DNA of 64,000 nt, from UHGV virus genome UHGV-0174779, one strand, 5' to 3'. This document shows positions 37,094 to 46,906 of the stretch, piece by piece; within the stretch, counting starts at the first letter, position 1, and every line of letters starts with the position of its first letter. Under the pieces are notes generated by a model, which did not search any database, had not been told where the DNA came from, and saw nothing but the letters and a program-made list of their open reading frames with translations. Both the position numbers and the translations under genes were made by a program. This stretch comes from a virus.

Positions 37094-37422
37094 TGATTGA
37101 CAGTAATACATTTAAGACTTCAAATGGAAGTGAGATAAGTCCCGCTGAAGTAATCAATCGGCACAGAAGGCAATTGATCATCCATTCCTATTTGTATTAC
37201 TGGTTGGATGACCCTATCTGGTCTGATGATAAATGGCAACAAGTTGCTAATGATTTGGTTGAGTTGCAAGCTTTGTATCCAGATCCTACCGGAGTCTTTG
37301 ACAATGAGTTCAGGGATTGGGATGGTTCTACAGGGATGCACCTCCCACATAATGAGGCTGTTGCTTGTATGGCTACAGCTGTTTACAGGATTCATAAAGA
37401 TATGAACCATGAAGTGCTCTAA
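37093..37422 (+). CDS. hypothetical protein (109 aa)
   Basis: ORF only. Confidence 0.4.
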   Translation: MIDSNTFKTSNGSEISPAEVINRHRRQLIIHSYLYYWLDDPIWSDDKWQQVANDLVELQALYPDPTGVFDNEFRDWDGSTGMHLPHNEAVACMATAVYRIHKDMNHEVL

Positions 37423-37594
37423 ATGCGAAGGAACAAACCTTCATTTAAGTAACAAGGTTATCAGAGAGCTTGCCAAAGGCTCTCCAACCAAAGGGAAGAA
37501 CAAACGATTTACTAACGTCAGGGTTTATACAGCAATCTGTAAAGACTGTTTAACCACTGAGTGTCATTACGAAGAAATTGGAGAGCGTAAATGA
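37409..37594 (+). CDS. small zinc-ribbon protein (61 aa)
   Basis: CSKC...CKDC motif. Confidence 0.35.
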   Translation: MKCSKCEGTNLHLSNKVIRELAKGSPTKGKNKRFTNVRVYTAICKDCLTTECHYEEIGERK

Positions 37595-38328
37595 GTCGTC
37601 GTCAATCACGGAAAGAATCACGGAAAGATCTTCGTCGGGAAGCACTTGTTACTCGTAAGGGTAAGCGAGAGTATGAAGAGGTGGTTTTAGCAAAGCCTGT
37701 AGTCCCTCAGAACCAGTTTCAGTCTGAGCTACTCAATGCTATTAAGACTAAACAAGTTGTGTTCACAGACGCTCCTGCGGGCTGTGGTAAGACCTTTGTA
37801 ATCACTTCCACGGTTATTGATGCACTGAAGAGTGGTAAGATTCAGAAGATCATCCTAAGTCGACCTTCAGTTGGCATGGGTAACTCTCTTGGGTTACTTC
37901 CTGGAGGGATGCGTGAGAAGTTTGAACCGTACCTGATGCCTATTATTGATGTTATTACTCAGCGATATGGTAAGGGATTCTATGAATGCCAAATCGGAAA
38001 TGGTAACATTGAATTTGTACCTCTGGAATATCTCCGTGGTCGTTCTTTCAATGATGCTATTGTTATCGTAGACGAGTTCCAGAACACAACTAAGGATGAA
38101 GCCTTCTCCATCATGACTCGATTGGGAGAAACCTCTCAACTGTTCTGCATGGGTGATACAAACCAGCATGATATGCGTGGTCGTGAGAGTGGCCTAACTT
38201 GGGCTACTAATTTTATTGATGAACACGATCTGTATGAGTATGCTGAGATTGTAGATGGTGAATCGGATGACATTGTTCGTTCTGGTTTCTGTAAGGCGAT
38301 TGTTAAAGCAATGGAAAAGAAAGCTTAA
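37591..38328 (+). CDS. phoH: PhoH-like ATPase
   Basis: Walker A DAPAGCGKTF, LPGGMREKFEPYLMP, IVDEFQN, GDTNQ motifs. Confidence 0.75.
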   Translation: MSRRQSRKESRKDLRREALVTRKGKREYEEVVLAKPVVPQNQFQSELLNAIKTKQVVFTDAPAGCGKTFVITSTVIDALKSGKIQKIILSRPSVGMGNSLGLLPGGMREKFEPYLMPIIDVITQRYGKGFYECQIGNGNIEFVPLEYLRGRSFNDAIVIVDEFQNTTKDEAFSIMTRLGETSQLFCMGDTNQHDMRGRESGLTWATNFIDEHDLYEYAEIVDGESDDIVRSGFCKAIVKAMEKKA

Positions 38329-38339
38329 ATAGTAACTTA

Positions 38340-38348
38340 TAATGTATA
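38340..38348 (+). promoter_or_regulatory. TAATGTATA element, candidate phage-sigma-dependent (middle/late) promoter
   Basis: Exact 9-mer 37 nt upstream of ATG 38385; same 9-mer recurs at 42799 (+) and 51252-51260 (-). Confidence 0.4.
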
Positions 38349-38384
38349 CTCCTTAGTGTACACTGATATATTAAGGAGTTCTAA

Positions 38385-38702
38385 ATGGCAGACCATGTAG
38401 GAAAGAGAGATTATGCACAAGAAAGACGTACCGCAATTGCCCGTGGTGAAACAGGCGTTGGGAGCAAGAGCGGAGATGCTCAGCGCCACCGTGCACGTCG
38501 CATCGTTGAAAAGCGCGATGGAAAAGCTGCTGTCAGAGGTAAAGACGTTGGACACAAACGAGCTGTCAAGTCTGGAGGCTCTAATGCGTCAAGCAACTTA
38601 CGTGTTGAATCAGTCAGCTCAAACCGTTCAAACGGCGGCAAAAGTGGTGATCGAGCTGGAAAAGCAGCTGGATCTCGCAAAGGAGCTTTAAGCTCATCAT
38701 AA
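38385..38702 (+). CDS. basic low-complexity protein (105 aa); alternative overlapping frame 38413-38691 possible
   Basis: Strong RBS AAGGAG 7 nt upstream of ATG 38385; followed by terminator. Confidence 0.35.
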   Translation: MADHVGKRDYAQERRTAIARGETGVGSKSGDAQRHRARRIVEKRDGKAAVRGKDVGHKRAVKSGGSNASSNLRVESVSSNRSNGGKSGDRAGKAAGSRKGALSSS

Positions 38703-38707
38703 TATGA

Positions 38708-38737
38708 GGCTACCCAATCGGGTGGCCTTTTCTTTTA
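38708..38737 (+). terminator. rho-independent terminator (GGCTACCC-AATC-GGGTGGCC-TTTTCTTTT)
   Basis: 8-bp stem (one G-U) plus T-run. Confidence 0.55.
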
Positions 38738-38773
38738 TATAAACTAAAATTAATCTTATTAGGTAAATAAAAT

Positions 38774-39022
38774 ATGTCTATTGTAAAAACTGTAACCATT
38801 ACTGATAACACTAAATTTGGCTCCATTACAACTACCTTTTACGCTGCAACCAAATTGACTTCCCAGCAATGTGTATCAGCTATCAAGCAGGTCCCTTCTA
38901 CAGCTCGTACTAATGTAATCCTTCGTGGAGCTGACGGGAAGTTTATCTCTTATAAGAATAAAAAAGTAAACAAAGGAATTCGCGTTGCAGTAGAAAACCT
39001 GATCCCATTCCCAAAAGGTTGA
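38774..39022 (+). CDS. hypothetical protein (82 aa)
   Basis: ORF only. Confidence 0.4.
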   Translation: MSIVKTVTITDNTKFGSITTTFYAATKLTSQQCVSAIKQVPSTARTNVILRGADGKFISYKNKKVNKGIRVAVENLIPFPKG

Positions 39023-39025
39023 GTT

Positions 39026-39430
39026 ATGTCATTACCAACTAGACATCAAAACAGATTCTTAGTCCTCAAGTGGGATGATATCGAAATGAATCTCACTGAA
39101 CATGAACTAGATTTGTTTCATGAATTATTATCAGAGATTCGCTCTGGTATACCTGAACGTCAGTATGTAGTTATCAGTGATAAGCACCCTCAAGAGTTTG
39201 AAGAAGCTTGGGGTATGAAGCTGGCTTACATCCAAAGAGCTATTCGAGAAAGAGAAGAAGTTGCTAATCAGAGGGTCATGGCCCATCTAGTCAGAGAGCA
39301 GCCTCTTGAAGTTAGGTCTTCACCTACGTCATCTCCGTGGAGAGTTGAAGGTAACATTATCCGAGTATCCCCTAATGACCTAGATGCAATAGCTGACAAT
39401 CAAGCATTTACAGATTTACTTTACCAATAA
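39026..39430 (+). CDS. hypothetical protein (134 aa)
   Basis: ORF only. Confidence 0.45.
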   Translation: MSLPTRHQNRFLVLKWDDIEMNLTEHELDLFHELLSEIRSGIPERQYVVISDKHPQEFEEAWGMKLAYIQRAIREREEVANQRVMAHLVREQPLEVRSSPTSSPWRVEGNIIRVSPNDLDAIADNQAFTDLLYQ

Positions 39431-39446
39431 TTTAAAGGAGTATAAA

Positions 39447-41291
39447 GTGAGCAACCCGGACGCTCTTCCATTTTTGACAGAGATGACTGTCGCTGATATA
39501 ATCTCTAAGCAAGCAAAGCACGGAGTGAGTTTCAACCGAAGAAATGCTCGGTGGTATGTTCACCTCCTTAAAGAGATTATTGTTAATATTGATAAAGAAC
39601 TAATTCCTCTCTTACCTAAGATGAGATTAGACGGCTCTACTTATATGAAGCCGTTTAAGAAGTCTGGAGCTTTGCAGAAGTGGCCTCAAGCCTATTGTGA
39701 TAGGGTTGGGCTGAAGAGGGAGGACATTGGTGGAGCTTTCACCTGTGTCGAATACGTAGACTTTGACCCATCGAAGGATGCACGAGTTAAAGAAGCTCTT
39801 ATGGATGAGGGCTTTCTTCCTCCAGAGTTTAACGTATCTAAAAAGCCTTGGAATACTTTCGAAATTAAGAAAGATATGAGAAAGTATGGAACATACCAAG
39901 CATGGTATACTGCTTGGATGCGAGGCAATGCTAAGCAAAAGCAGACAGCCGAGATGGTTGACGCTGATATAAAGAAATTCTTAGAAAAGCATTTTAGATT
40001 TAAGACTAAGAATTACATGAAGGCTTACGTATTTGGTTTGGGATTAAACCCGAATCGCCGTAATCCTGTAACGTTTGATGAGATTAAGAAAGCACTAGCC
40101 ACATCAAACAAGTGGCCTACAGCTCCTACAAACCTCGAGGAGACTCTTGAAGAAGGGCTAGGGGGTGAGCTAGGGAGTGTTGGGAGTTTGCTTAAGAGAC
40201 GCGTTGTAGCGGCTCACAGGCTAGGTCTTATCAGTGGACTTATAGCAAAGGAACGCGAAGATGGTAAACTTTCAGCAGAAGCTAACAGCTGCGCTACGCC
40301 GACTTTTCGATTCAAACATCGTATCGTGGTTAATATTCCCTCCCGTGGTCTGTTTGGTCACGAGTGTCGCAGTTTGTTTGAGTCTGACTATAACTCAGAC
40401 AGTGATCACTCTCGTCCTTTCGTTATTACTAACGTTGTTCCTGATGGTTGTTATATACGAAAAGGTACTAACGTAATTTACGAGAAAGGTAAGCCGGGGA
40501 AGAAAGACAAACCTGTAGGTGCTTACAAATATTACATACCCGCTGGTAAAGAAGTATTCTTAGGGTATGATGGTTCTGGGTTAGAGTTGCGTATGTTAGT
40601 GCACTATCTTGTGAAAGAGTGCCTTGACATGATGGAAGAAGCCAAAGCAGAGAACGATAAAATTAAGTATCTTAGGGCTGAGAAAGGCTTAGAGGCTGCT
40701 TATACTTATCGAGAGGTTCTTCTCTCAGGTGATATCCATTCCCACAATCAGAAACTAGCTGGCCTACCAACTAGAGATAATGCAAAAACTTTTATCTATG
40801 GATTTCTATATGGGGCAGGCGCAGCTAAGATTGGAGAGATTGTTGGAGGAGGTGCTCAAGAGGGTGAAATTCTCAGAGAACGTTTCTTAGCAGAATGCCC
40901 TTGTATCCCAATTGTCTTGGAGAGAGTACAAGCTCGTGCAGAAACAGGTACTCTTGAAGGTGTGGATGGTCGTAAGTTGACCATGAGACGGGATGCTACT
41001 GGTAAGGTTATGGTGCATAAAGCCCTGAATACCCTACTCCAGAGTGCAGGTGCCATTGTCATGAAATACTCCATTTTGTTCACAAATAAATGGGTAGAGC
41101 AGCAGGGTATTAGAGGAAATAAGGTGATTGACTATCATGATGAAGCACAGTGGTCTGTCAACCGTAACGACATTGATAAAATGAAAGAGATAGCTGAGAC
41201 TTGTGTTAAAAAAGCAGGAGAATATCTAAACATGCACTGTGAATTAGCATCTGATTGTCAGATTGGATTAAATTGGATGCACACCCATTGA
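39447..41291 (+). CDS. DNA polymerase A (T7 gp5-like) polymerase domain, separate ORF (GTG start)
   Basis: Motif B RDNAKTFIYGFLYGAG and motif C YHDEAQW; lacks exonuclease domain, which is at 31405-31962. Confidence 0.85.
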   Translation: MSNPDALPFLTEMTVADIISKQAKHGVSFNRRNARWYVHLLKEIIVNIDKELIPLLPKMRLDGSTYMKPFKKSGALQKWPQAYCDRVGLKREDIGGAFTCVEYVDFDPSKDARVKEALMDEGFLPPEFNVSKKPWNTFEIKKDMRKYGTYQAWYTAWMRGNAKQKQTAEMVDADIKKFLEKHFRFKTKNYMKAYVFGLGLNPNRRNPVTFDEIKKALATSNKWPTAPTNLEETLEEGLGGELGSVGSLLKRRVVAAHRLGLISGLIAKEREDGKLSAEANSCATPTFRFKHRIVVNIPSRGLFGHECRSLFESDYNSDSDHSRPFVITNVVPDGCYIRKGTNVIYEKGKPGKKDKPVGAYKYYIPAGKEVFLGYDGSGLELRMLVHYLVKECLDMMEEAKAENDKIKYLRAEKGLEAAYTYREVLLSGDIHSHNQKLAGLPTRDNAKTFIYGFLYGAGAAKIGEIVGGGAQEGEILRERFLAECPCIPIVLERVQARAETGTLEGVDGRKLTMRRDATGKVMVHKALNTLLQSAGAIVMKYSILFTNKWVEQQGIRGNKVIDYHDEAQWSVNRNDIDKMKEIAETCVKKAGEYLNMHCELASDCQIGLNWMHTH

Positions 41292-41667
41292 TTCAGAACT
41301 GAAAAACTGGAACACTAATGAACTAGTCTTATTGATTGGTTCATAACAAGGAGATTGAAGTGGAAGAGATGCCATCGGATTGGTGCTATCGTCAAAGCAC
41401 CATCTGTAATGAACAAGGACGTGCTGATGAAGCGCAATACTATTTGGAATTAGCTGAATTATGGAAAGAGAGAGAGGAAAAGAATGACTGCAACTGAACT
41501 GAAAGAAACCCTATCCACTGAAGAAGGTAAAGCTTTCTTCTTATCTCAAGTACACTCCATGGGTAAAGATGCCCTTCGCCAAGCAGTTGTTGAGCTTACT
41601 GGTGTAGTGATTGATTTGAGCATTGAAAATGAAACACTTGAAGCTAAAGTGAACAGTTAAATAAAAA

Positions 41668-41690
41668 GCTGCCTTAGGGCGGCTTTTCTT
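41668..41690 (+). terminator. hairpin plus T-run after polymerase operon
   Basis: AGCTGCC-TTAG-GGCGGCT-TTTT. Confidence 0.45.
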
Positions 41691-41701
41691 GTCTAAAGGA
41701 T

Positions 41702-42100
41702 TTGGATATGAATATTGGTTTAGATTATGACGACACTTACACAGCAGATAGACGTCTGTGGAGAGATGTAATAGGCTTGATGAAAGAGTATGGACATGAT
41801 GTAAGATTCGTGACTTTCCGTTTCTCAGAGCCTAATGGTTATGATAACGTGGATATCCTGTACGATGCAGAGACCCTGCAAATCCCTGTCATCTTTTGTA
41901 ATGGTGTGCAGAAGGATGAGGTATGTCGACAGTTAGGTTTCTTTGTAGATATCTGGATTGACGACTTCCCTGTTGGAATCCCCAAAAAGGACCACCTAGA
42001 CGGTATGCTGAAGGGCGTAAGACTTAATGACCTTAGGGCAGCACCTCCTGTAGAAATAGCCGCTCCTGTGTACTCTGAAGAGCCTCTGGTTATACGTTAA
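41702..42100 (+). CDS. HAD-superfamily phosphatase-like protein (possible nucleotidase)
   Basis: N-terminal LDYDDT (DxDxT) motif. Confidence 0.4.
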   Translation: MDMNIGLDYDDTYTADRRLWRDVIGLMKEYGHDVRFVTFRFSEPNGYDNVDILYDAETLQIPVIFCNGVQKDEVCRQLGFFVDIWIDDFPVGIPKKDHLDGMLKGVRLNDLRAAPPVEIAAPVYSEEPLVIR

Positions 42101-42249
42101 TAAGGAAATTAAATGATTTGGATTCACACCTATAAGATTGGAAAGAAAGAGATCACCGTTGTGCATCACTCTGAAGAAAGTGCTAATGCTTCCAAAGAAG
42201 TTCTTAAAGGAGAAGTTAAAGTATACGCTGAAGTAAAAGGAAATGAAGA

Positions 42250-42438
42250 ATGATTAATAAAATTAAAGATAATGAATATTTACTTAACTCTTCTATTTTA
42301 GATAATGGAAATACTATTGATTTCATTACTCTTTCAGAGTTAAAAGAGTTAGTAGATTCTTTATATTCAGAGGAACAAAATCGTTTGTTACAAGAGTCTC
42401 TTAGTGGAGATTATGTTTGTGATGGATGCTTGATTTAA
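42250..42438 (+). CDS. hypothetical protein (62 aa)
   Basis: ORF only. Confidence 0.35.
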   Translation: MINKIKDNEYLLNSSILDNGNTIDFITLSELKELVDSLYSEEQNRLLQESLSGDYVCDGCLI

Positions 42439-42540
42439 CTTTCTTTATAATAGGTAATAAGTAATGGGTGTTTATGAGAAGTTTCTTGTTTTTGTATCAA
42501 TTTGTTTAGTGTTAGATGTAATAATTATCTATTCTTTTAA

Positions 42541-42606
42541 ATAGAGAATCAAAGTCCCTAGGAGTCCCTACAACCTAAATCAAGGATTCCTTAATTCTCT
42601 ATTTTT
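42541..42606. repeat. 11-bp perfect inverted repeat (AAATAGAGAAT / ATTCTCTATTT) flanking direct AGTCCCT repeats
   Basis: Read from sequence in ORF-free region upstream of SSB gene. Confidence 0.55.
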
Positions 42607-42798
42607 ATCACGCAGGTGGCTCCTGCCCTTCCGGTAGTCTCTCAATTTCTTACAAACTTATGAGAGATTGTCGTCTGCGCCTTATCGTCGTCAGTCCCGT
42701 GCAATAACTTTATCAGCTATACAATATATACATTACTGGTATGTTATATCTACTACCAAAGATACTTATACTATATAGTACTCTTATCGGTATAAGCG

Positions 42799-42807
42799 TA
42801 ATGTATA
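42799..42807 (+). promoter_or_regulatory. TAATGTATA element, candidate phage-sigma-dependent promoter
   Basis: Exact 9-mer 60 nt upstream of SSB ATG; reverse-oriented copy at 42727-42735. Confidence 0.4.
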
Positions 42808-42866
42808 CTATACATAACCGCTCAAAGAGAGCAACAATCTTTCAAACTAAATAAGGAAATTTAATA

Positions 42867-43613
42867 ATGAGCATGATTCCAACTATCGCAACTTCTTCCC
42901 GTAAATCCAACTACGATGTAATCCCTGATGGTGAATACGAAGCACGTATTGTTCGTGTAGTAGGTTTGGGTGTTCACAATCGTGACCCTTGGATTGACCC
43001 GAAGACCAAAGCAGTAACTCCTAAGAATCCAGCATTCCGTATGGATTTAGCTTTCGAGCTGATTGGCGTTGATGCTACTGGTAAAGATTCCGATGGTAAG
43101 GCATTAGAACCACGTCCGGCTTGCCAGTTCAAGAGCTATGATGTAAACCCACGAGCTAAGAACTCTGGTATTCTTGATCTTTGCAAGATGATTGACCCAA
43201 GCATTCAAGCACTGAAAGGTGATCTATCTTGGTTCAAGGATGTTCTGTTAGGTCAGCCTGTTAACATTCTGGTTAACTCTTACACTAATAAAGCTGGTGA
43301 AGTTAAAAACTCCATCAAGACCATTTCTCCAATCCCAACCAAATACCGTGCAGCAGTTGGTGAAGCTCGTAGTCCTCTGGTATTCTTCGAACCATATGCT
43401 GAAACCGATGAGAACGTAGCATCCTATCAACTGATGTTCCCGTTCCAGCGCAACCTGCTTACTCAAGCTAATGACGCTAAGAACATGCCTCTGGCTGGTC
43501 GTGAAATTACTCGTGCTTCTGAAACAGAACAGAAAGAAGCTACTCCTTCAATCCCTACGATTGATAAAGAGCCTGCTTCTACTTATGAAGATGATAACGA
43601 TTCGCCTTTCTGA
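42867..43613 (+). CDS. single-stranded DNA-binding protein (T7 gp2.5-like), putative
   Basis: Acidic C-terminal tail ending in Phe (EDDNDSPF), as in T7 gp2.5; followed by strong terminator. Confidence 0.5.
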   Translation: MSMIPTIATSSRKSNYDVIPDGEYEARIVRVVGLGVHNRDPWIDPKTKAVTPKNPAFRMDLAFELIGVDATGKDSDGKALEPRPACQFKSYDVNPRAKNSGILDLCKMIDPSIQALKGDLSWFKDVLLGQPVNILVNSYTNKAGEVKNSIKTISPIPTKYRAAVGEARSPLVFFEPYAETDENVASYQLMFPFQRNLLTQANDAKNMPLAGREITRASETEQKEATPSIPTIDKEPASTYEDDNDSPF

Positions 43614-43634
43614 TAACTCTCCTTGTTATAGCTT

Positions 43635-43658
43635 AGCCACCTTCGGGTGGCTTTTTTC
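43635..43658 (+). terminator. rho-independent terminator (AGCCACC-TTCG-GGTGGCT-TTTTTT)
   Basis: Perfect 7-bp stem, UUCG loop, T6. Confidence 0.7.
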
Positions 43659-43905
43659 GTTGGAGACAATATGAAAAGTACATTAAGTGATAATGTAGGT
43701 TTTATCATCTTCTCTGCTCTCGTGTTCTTTGGAGGTATGAAGTTCAATGAATACCGAACAGACAGTAACAATCTTGATAAAGAGAAGCATCAACAAGAGT
43801 TAGAGATTGAAAGAAGTAAGGCAGCTGATGAAGTTGCTCAGAGGGTTCTTACTGGTTTATCCGACTGGAAGAAGAACACGGAAACTGTTTATAAAGAGAT
43901 GCATT

Positions 43906-45076
<1,171 letters not shown>

Positions 45077-45077
45077 C

Positions 45078-45899
45078 ATGGAAGAAGTTAAGCTCCCTGA
45101 AGTAGCAATTGTGGACGCGGATGTTCTTCGATATGAGGTGGGTGCCCTTACTCAGGAGCATCCATTCCTTGACACAGGACGTGTTCCAGTCGATTACAAT
45201 TTCATGATTGAACGACTTCAGTACAAGATTGATACAATTATAGCTCGCTCGGGTTGTAGTAAGGTTGTATTCTACTTCAGCGAAGGTGGTAACTTCCGTT
45301 TCGATATCGCTAAGCAACAGGATTATAAAGGTAATCGAGCAATATCTGAGAAACCCTTCCACTGGAAAGCGGTCGGAGATTATATCAAAGAGCACTATGA
45401 GTATATTGACGTCTTTGGTAGAGAAGCAGATGACGCTTTAGCTGAAAGGCAGCGTAGAGACAAGAACACTATCATCTGTACTAGAGACAAAGATTTATTA
45501 ATAACCCCCGGATGGCATTATCGCTGGGCTTGTGGAGAAAGGCAGAAAGAGGTTCCCCCTCACTACGTATCCGATTTAGTTTCATGGCAAAACTTCTTCT
45601 ATCAAATGTTGATTGGAGATGGTACGGATAATATCCCCGGATGTGGGGAACGCAAAGAAGTTATGTGGGGTGGTAAGCTTCAGCTTCGACGTCAAGGAAT
45701 AGGGAAGAAGGCAGCAGCTAAATTACTAGCTGGTGTTACAGACAAATGGACCATGTATCATATAGTGCGAATGGAATATTATAAGAAGTTCGATACTGAA
45801 GATGAAGAGAAAATGCTTGAGAATGCTCGGCTTCTCTTTGTTGGTCAGACTCCAGAAGACCTATTTGATTGGTCATGGTTAAACAAATCTTGGGAATAA
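45078..45899 (+). CDS. 5'-3' exonuclease (T7 gp6 / FEN-like)
   Basis: IVDADVLRY, YKGNR, GREADD, CTRDKDL, GDGTDNIPG motifs aligning with T7 gene 6 exonuclease. Confidence 0.7.
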   Translation: MEEVKLPEVAIVDADVLRYEVGALTQEHPFLDTGRVPVDYNFMIERLQYKIDTIIARSGCSKVVFYFSEGGNFRFDIAKQQDYKGNRAISEKPFHWKAVGDYIKEHYEYIDVFGREADDALAERQRRDKNTIICTRDKDLLITPGWHYRWACGERQKEVPPHYVSDLVSWQNFFYQMLIGDGTDNIPGCGERKEVMWGGKLQLRRQGIGKKAAAKLLAGVTDKWTMYHIVRMEYYKKFDTEDEEKMLENARLLFVGQTPEDLFDWSWLNKSWE

Positions 45900-45909
45900 G
45901 GATGTTATA

Positions 45910-46089
45910 ATGGGTAAATTTGATTATCGTTCATATGATGAAAACTCCTCCAATCGTGAATCTCGTAAAGACCAAAAGATTAAGCATCAACTGTTTGATC
46001 AGCGGACTGGACGTATTCCTCGTGAAGGCAAAGTAAGTCATCGTGTAAACAAACGAGTTTGGGAAGAAGCTGATTATGGCGAAGTCTGA
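45910..46089 (+). CDS. small basic protein (59 aa)
   Basis: ATG with AAGGA RBS; below track cutoff. Confidence 0.3.
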   Translation: MGKFDYRSYDENSSNRESRKDQKIKHQLFDQRTGRIPREGKVSHRVNKRVWEEADYGEV

Positions 46090-46477
46090 GAAGACACGCT
46101 GTAGCGGAACGTGGACTGAAGCTCGTTACAACTCTTTCATCAAGTCAGGGATTCGTTCTCTGACTAGAAAGTGGAAGCCCATGTTCGATGCACTAGCAGA
46201 CGCCAAGACAGAGCAGAAGATTAACCCGAAGACAGGTAGACTGGCAATGCACTTTAAGTGTGCCATGTGTGGTTCTGACCACCCTGTAAAGGATATGGCT
46301 TTAGATCATATAAATCCTATCGTTCCTCTAGACCATGAGGCTAGCTGGGATGAAATTATCTCTCGTGCTCTGTGTGAGAAAGAAGGTTTTCAGGTTCTGT
46401 GTAAAGACCCTTGTCATAAACTAAAAACAAAGATGGAAAACGATGCAAGAAAACAATTCAAGAAAGGAAACGAGTGA
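46076..46477 (+). CDS. HNH nuclease-domain protein
   Basis: CAMCGSDHPVKDMALDHINP...LCKDPCHKLK HNH-like motif. Confidence 0.5.
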   Translation: MAKSEKTRCSGTWTEARYNSFIKSGIRSLTRKWKPMFDALADAKTEQKINPKTGRLAMHFKCAMCGSDHPVKDMALDHINPIVPLDHEASWDEIISRALCEKEGFQVLCKDPCHKLKTKMENDARKQFKKGNE

Positions 46478-46698
46478 TGATCAAAAAATCTACGCAACAA
46501 GTGCTTCGCTTTCGCTATCGCAACTGGAGAGGCGAGGTTGCTGACCGGTCCGTTATTCCACTCCGAACCTCCGTTGCTAGCTCCCGTTTTCATAACGGTG
46601 GCAAACCTTGTTGGATTATGACAGCGATAGATATAGAGAAAGATGAGATTCGAGAGTTCAAGCTCTCTGATATTATTCAATATTATGATTTGATCTAG
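46474..46698 (+). CDS. hypothetical protein (74 aa)
   Basis: ORF only. Confidence 0.4.
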   Translation: MMIKKSTQQVLRFRYRNWRGEVADRSVIPLRTSVASSRFHNGGKPCWIMTAIDIEKDEIREFKLSDIIQYYDLI

Positions 46699-46706
46699 GA
46701 GAAAAT

Positions 46707-46832
46707 ATGATCTATAGTCAAGATATTCTGGATGAATTGCTTAAAATGACAAATCGCCTTACAGAGATTATTGAAGAAATAAAAGCCAGAGAAGAGTCTT
46801 ACTTAGCATCCGAGGAAAATTGGGATGTATGA
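46707..46832 (+). CDS. small acidic protein (41 aa)
   Basis: ATG with TAGGAG RBS. Confidence 0.25.
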   Translation: MIYSQDILDELLKMTNRLTEIIEEIKAREESYLASEENWDV

Positions 46833-46866
46833 TGAATTTGACGGTTTTTAAAACTTAGAAACAAAT

Positions 46867-46906
46867 AAAGCCCTCTTGGATTTCTCCTTGAGGGCTTTTC
46901 TTTTAT
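46867..46906. terminator. bidirectional terminator between convergent plus and minus gene blocks
   Basis: AAAGCCCTC...GAGGGCTTT hairpin flanked by A-rich (left) and T-rich (right) runs. Confidence 0.55.

Noticed and set aside
38413-38691. Alternative 92-aa ORF overlapping 38385-38702 in another frame
   Set aside because: The ATG at 38385 has the stronger RBS (AAGGAG at optimal spacing); only one of the two frames is likely translated, and the choice remains uncertain.
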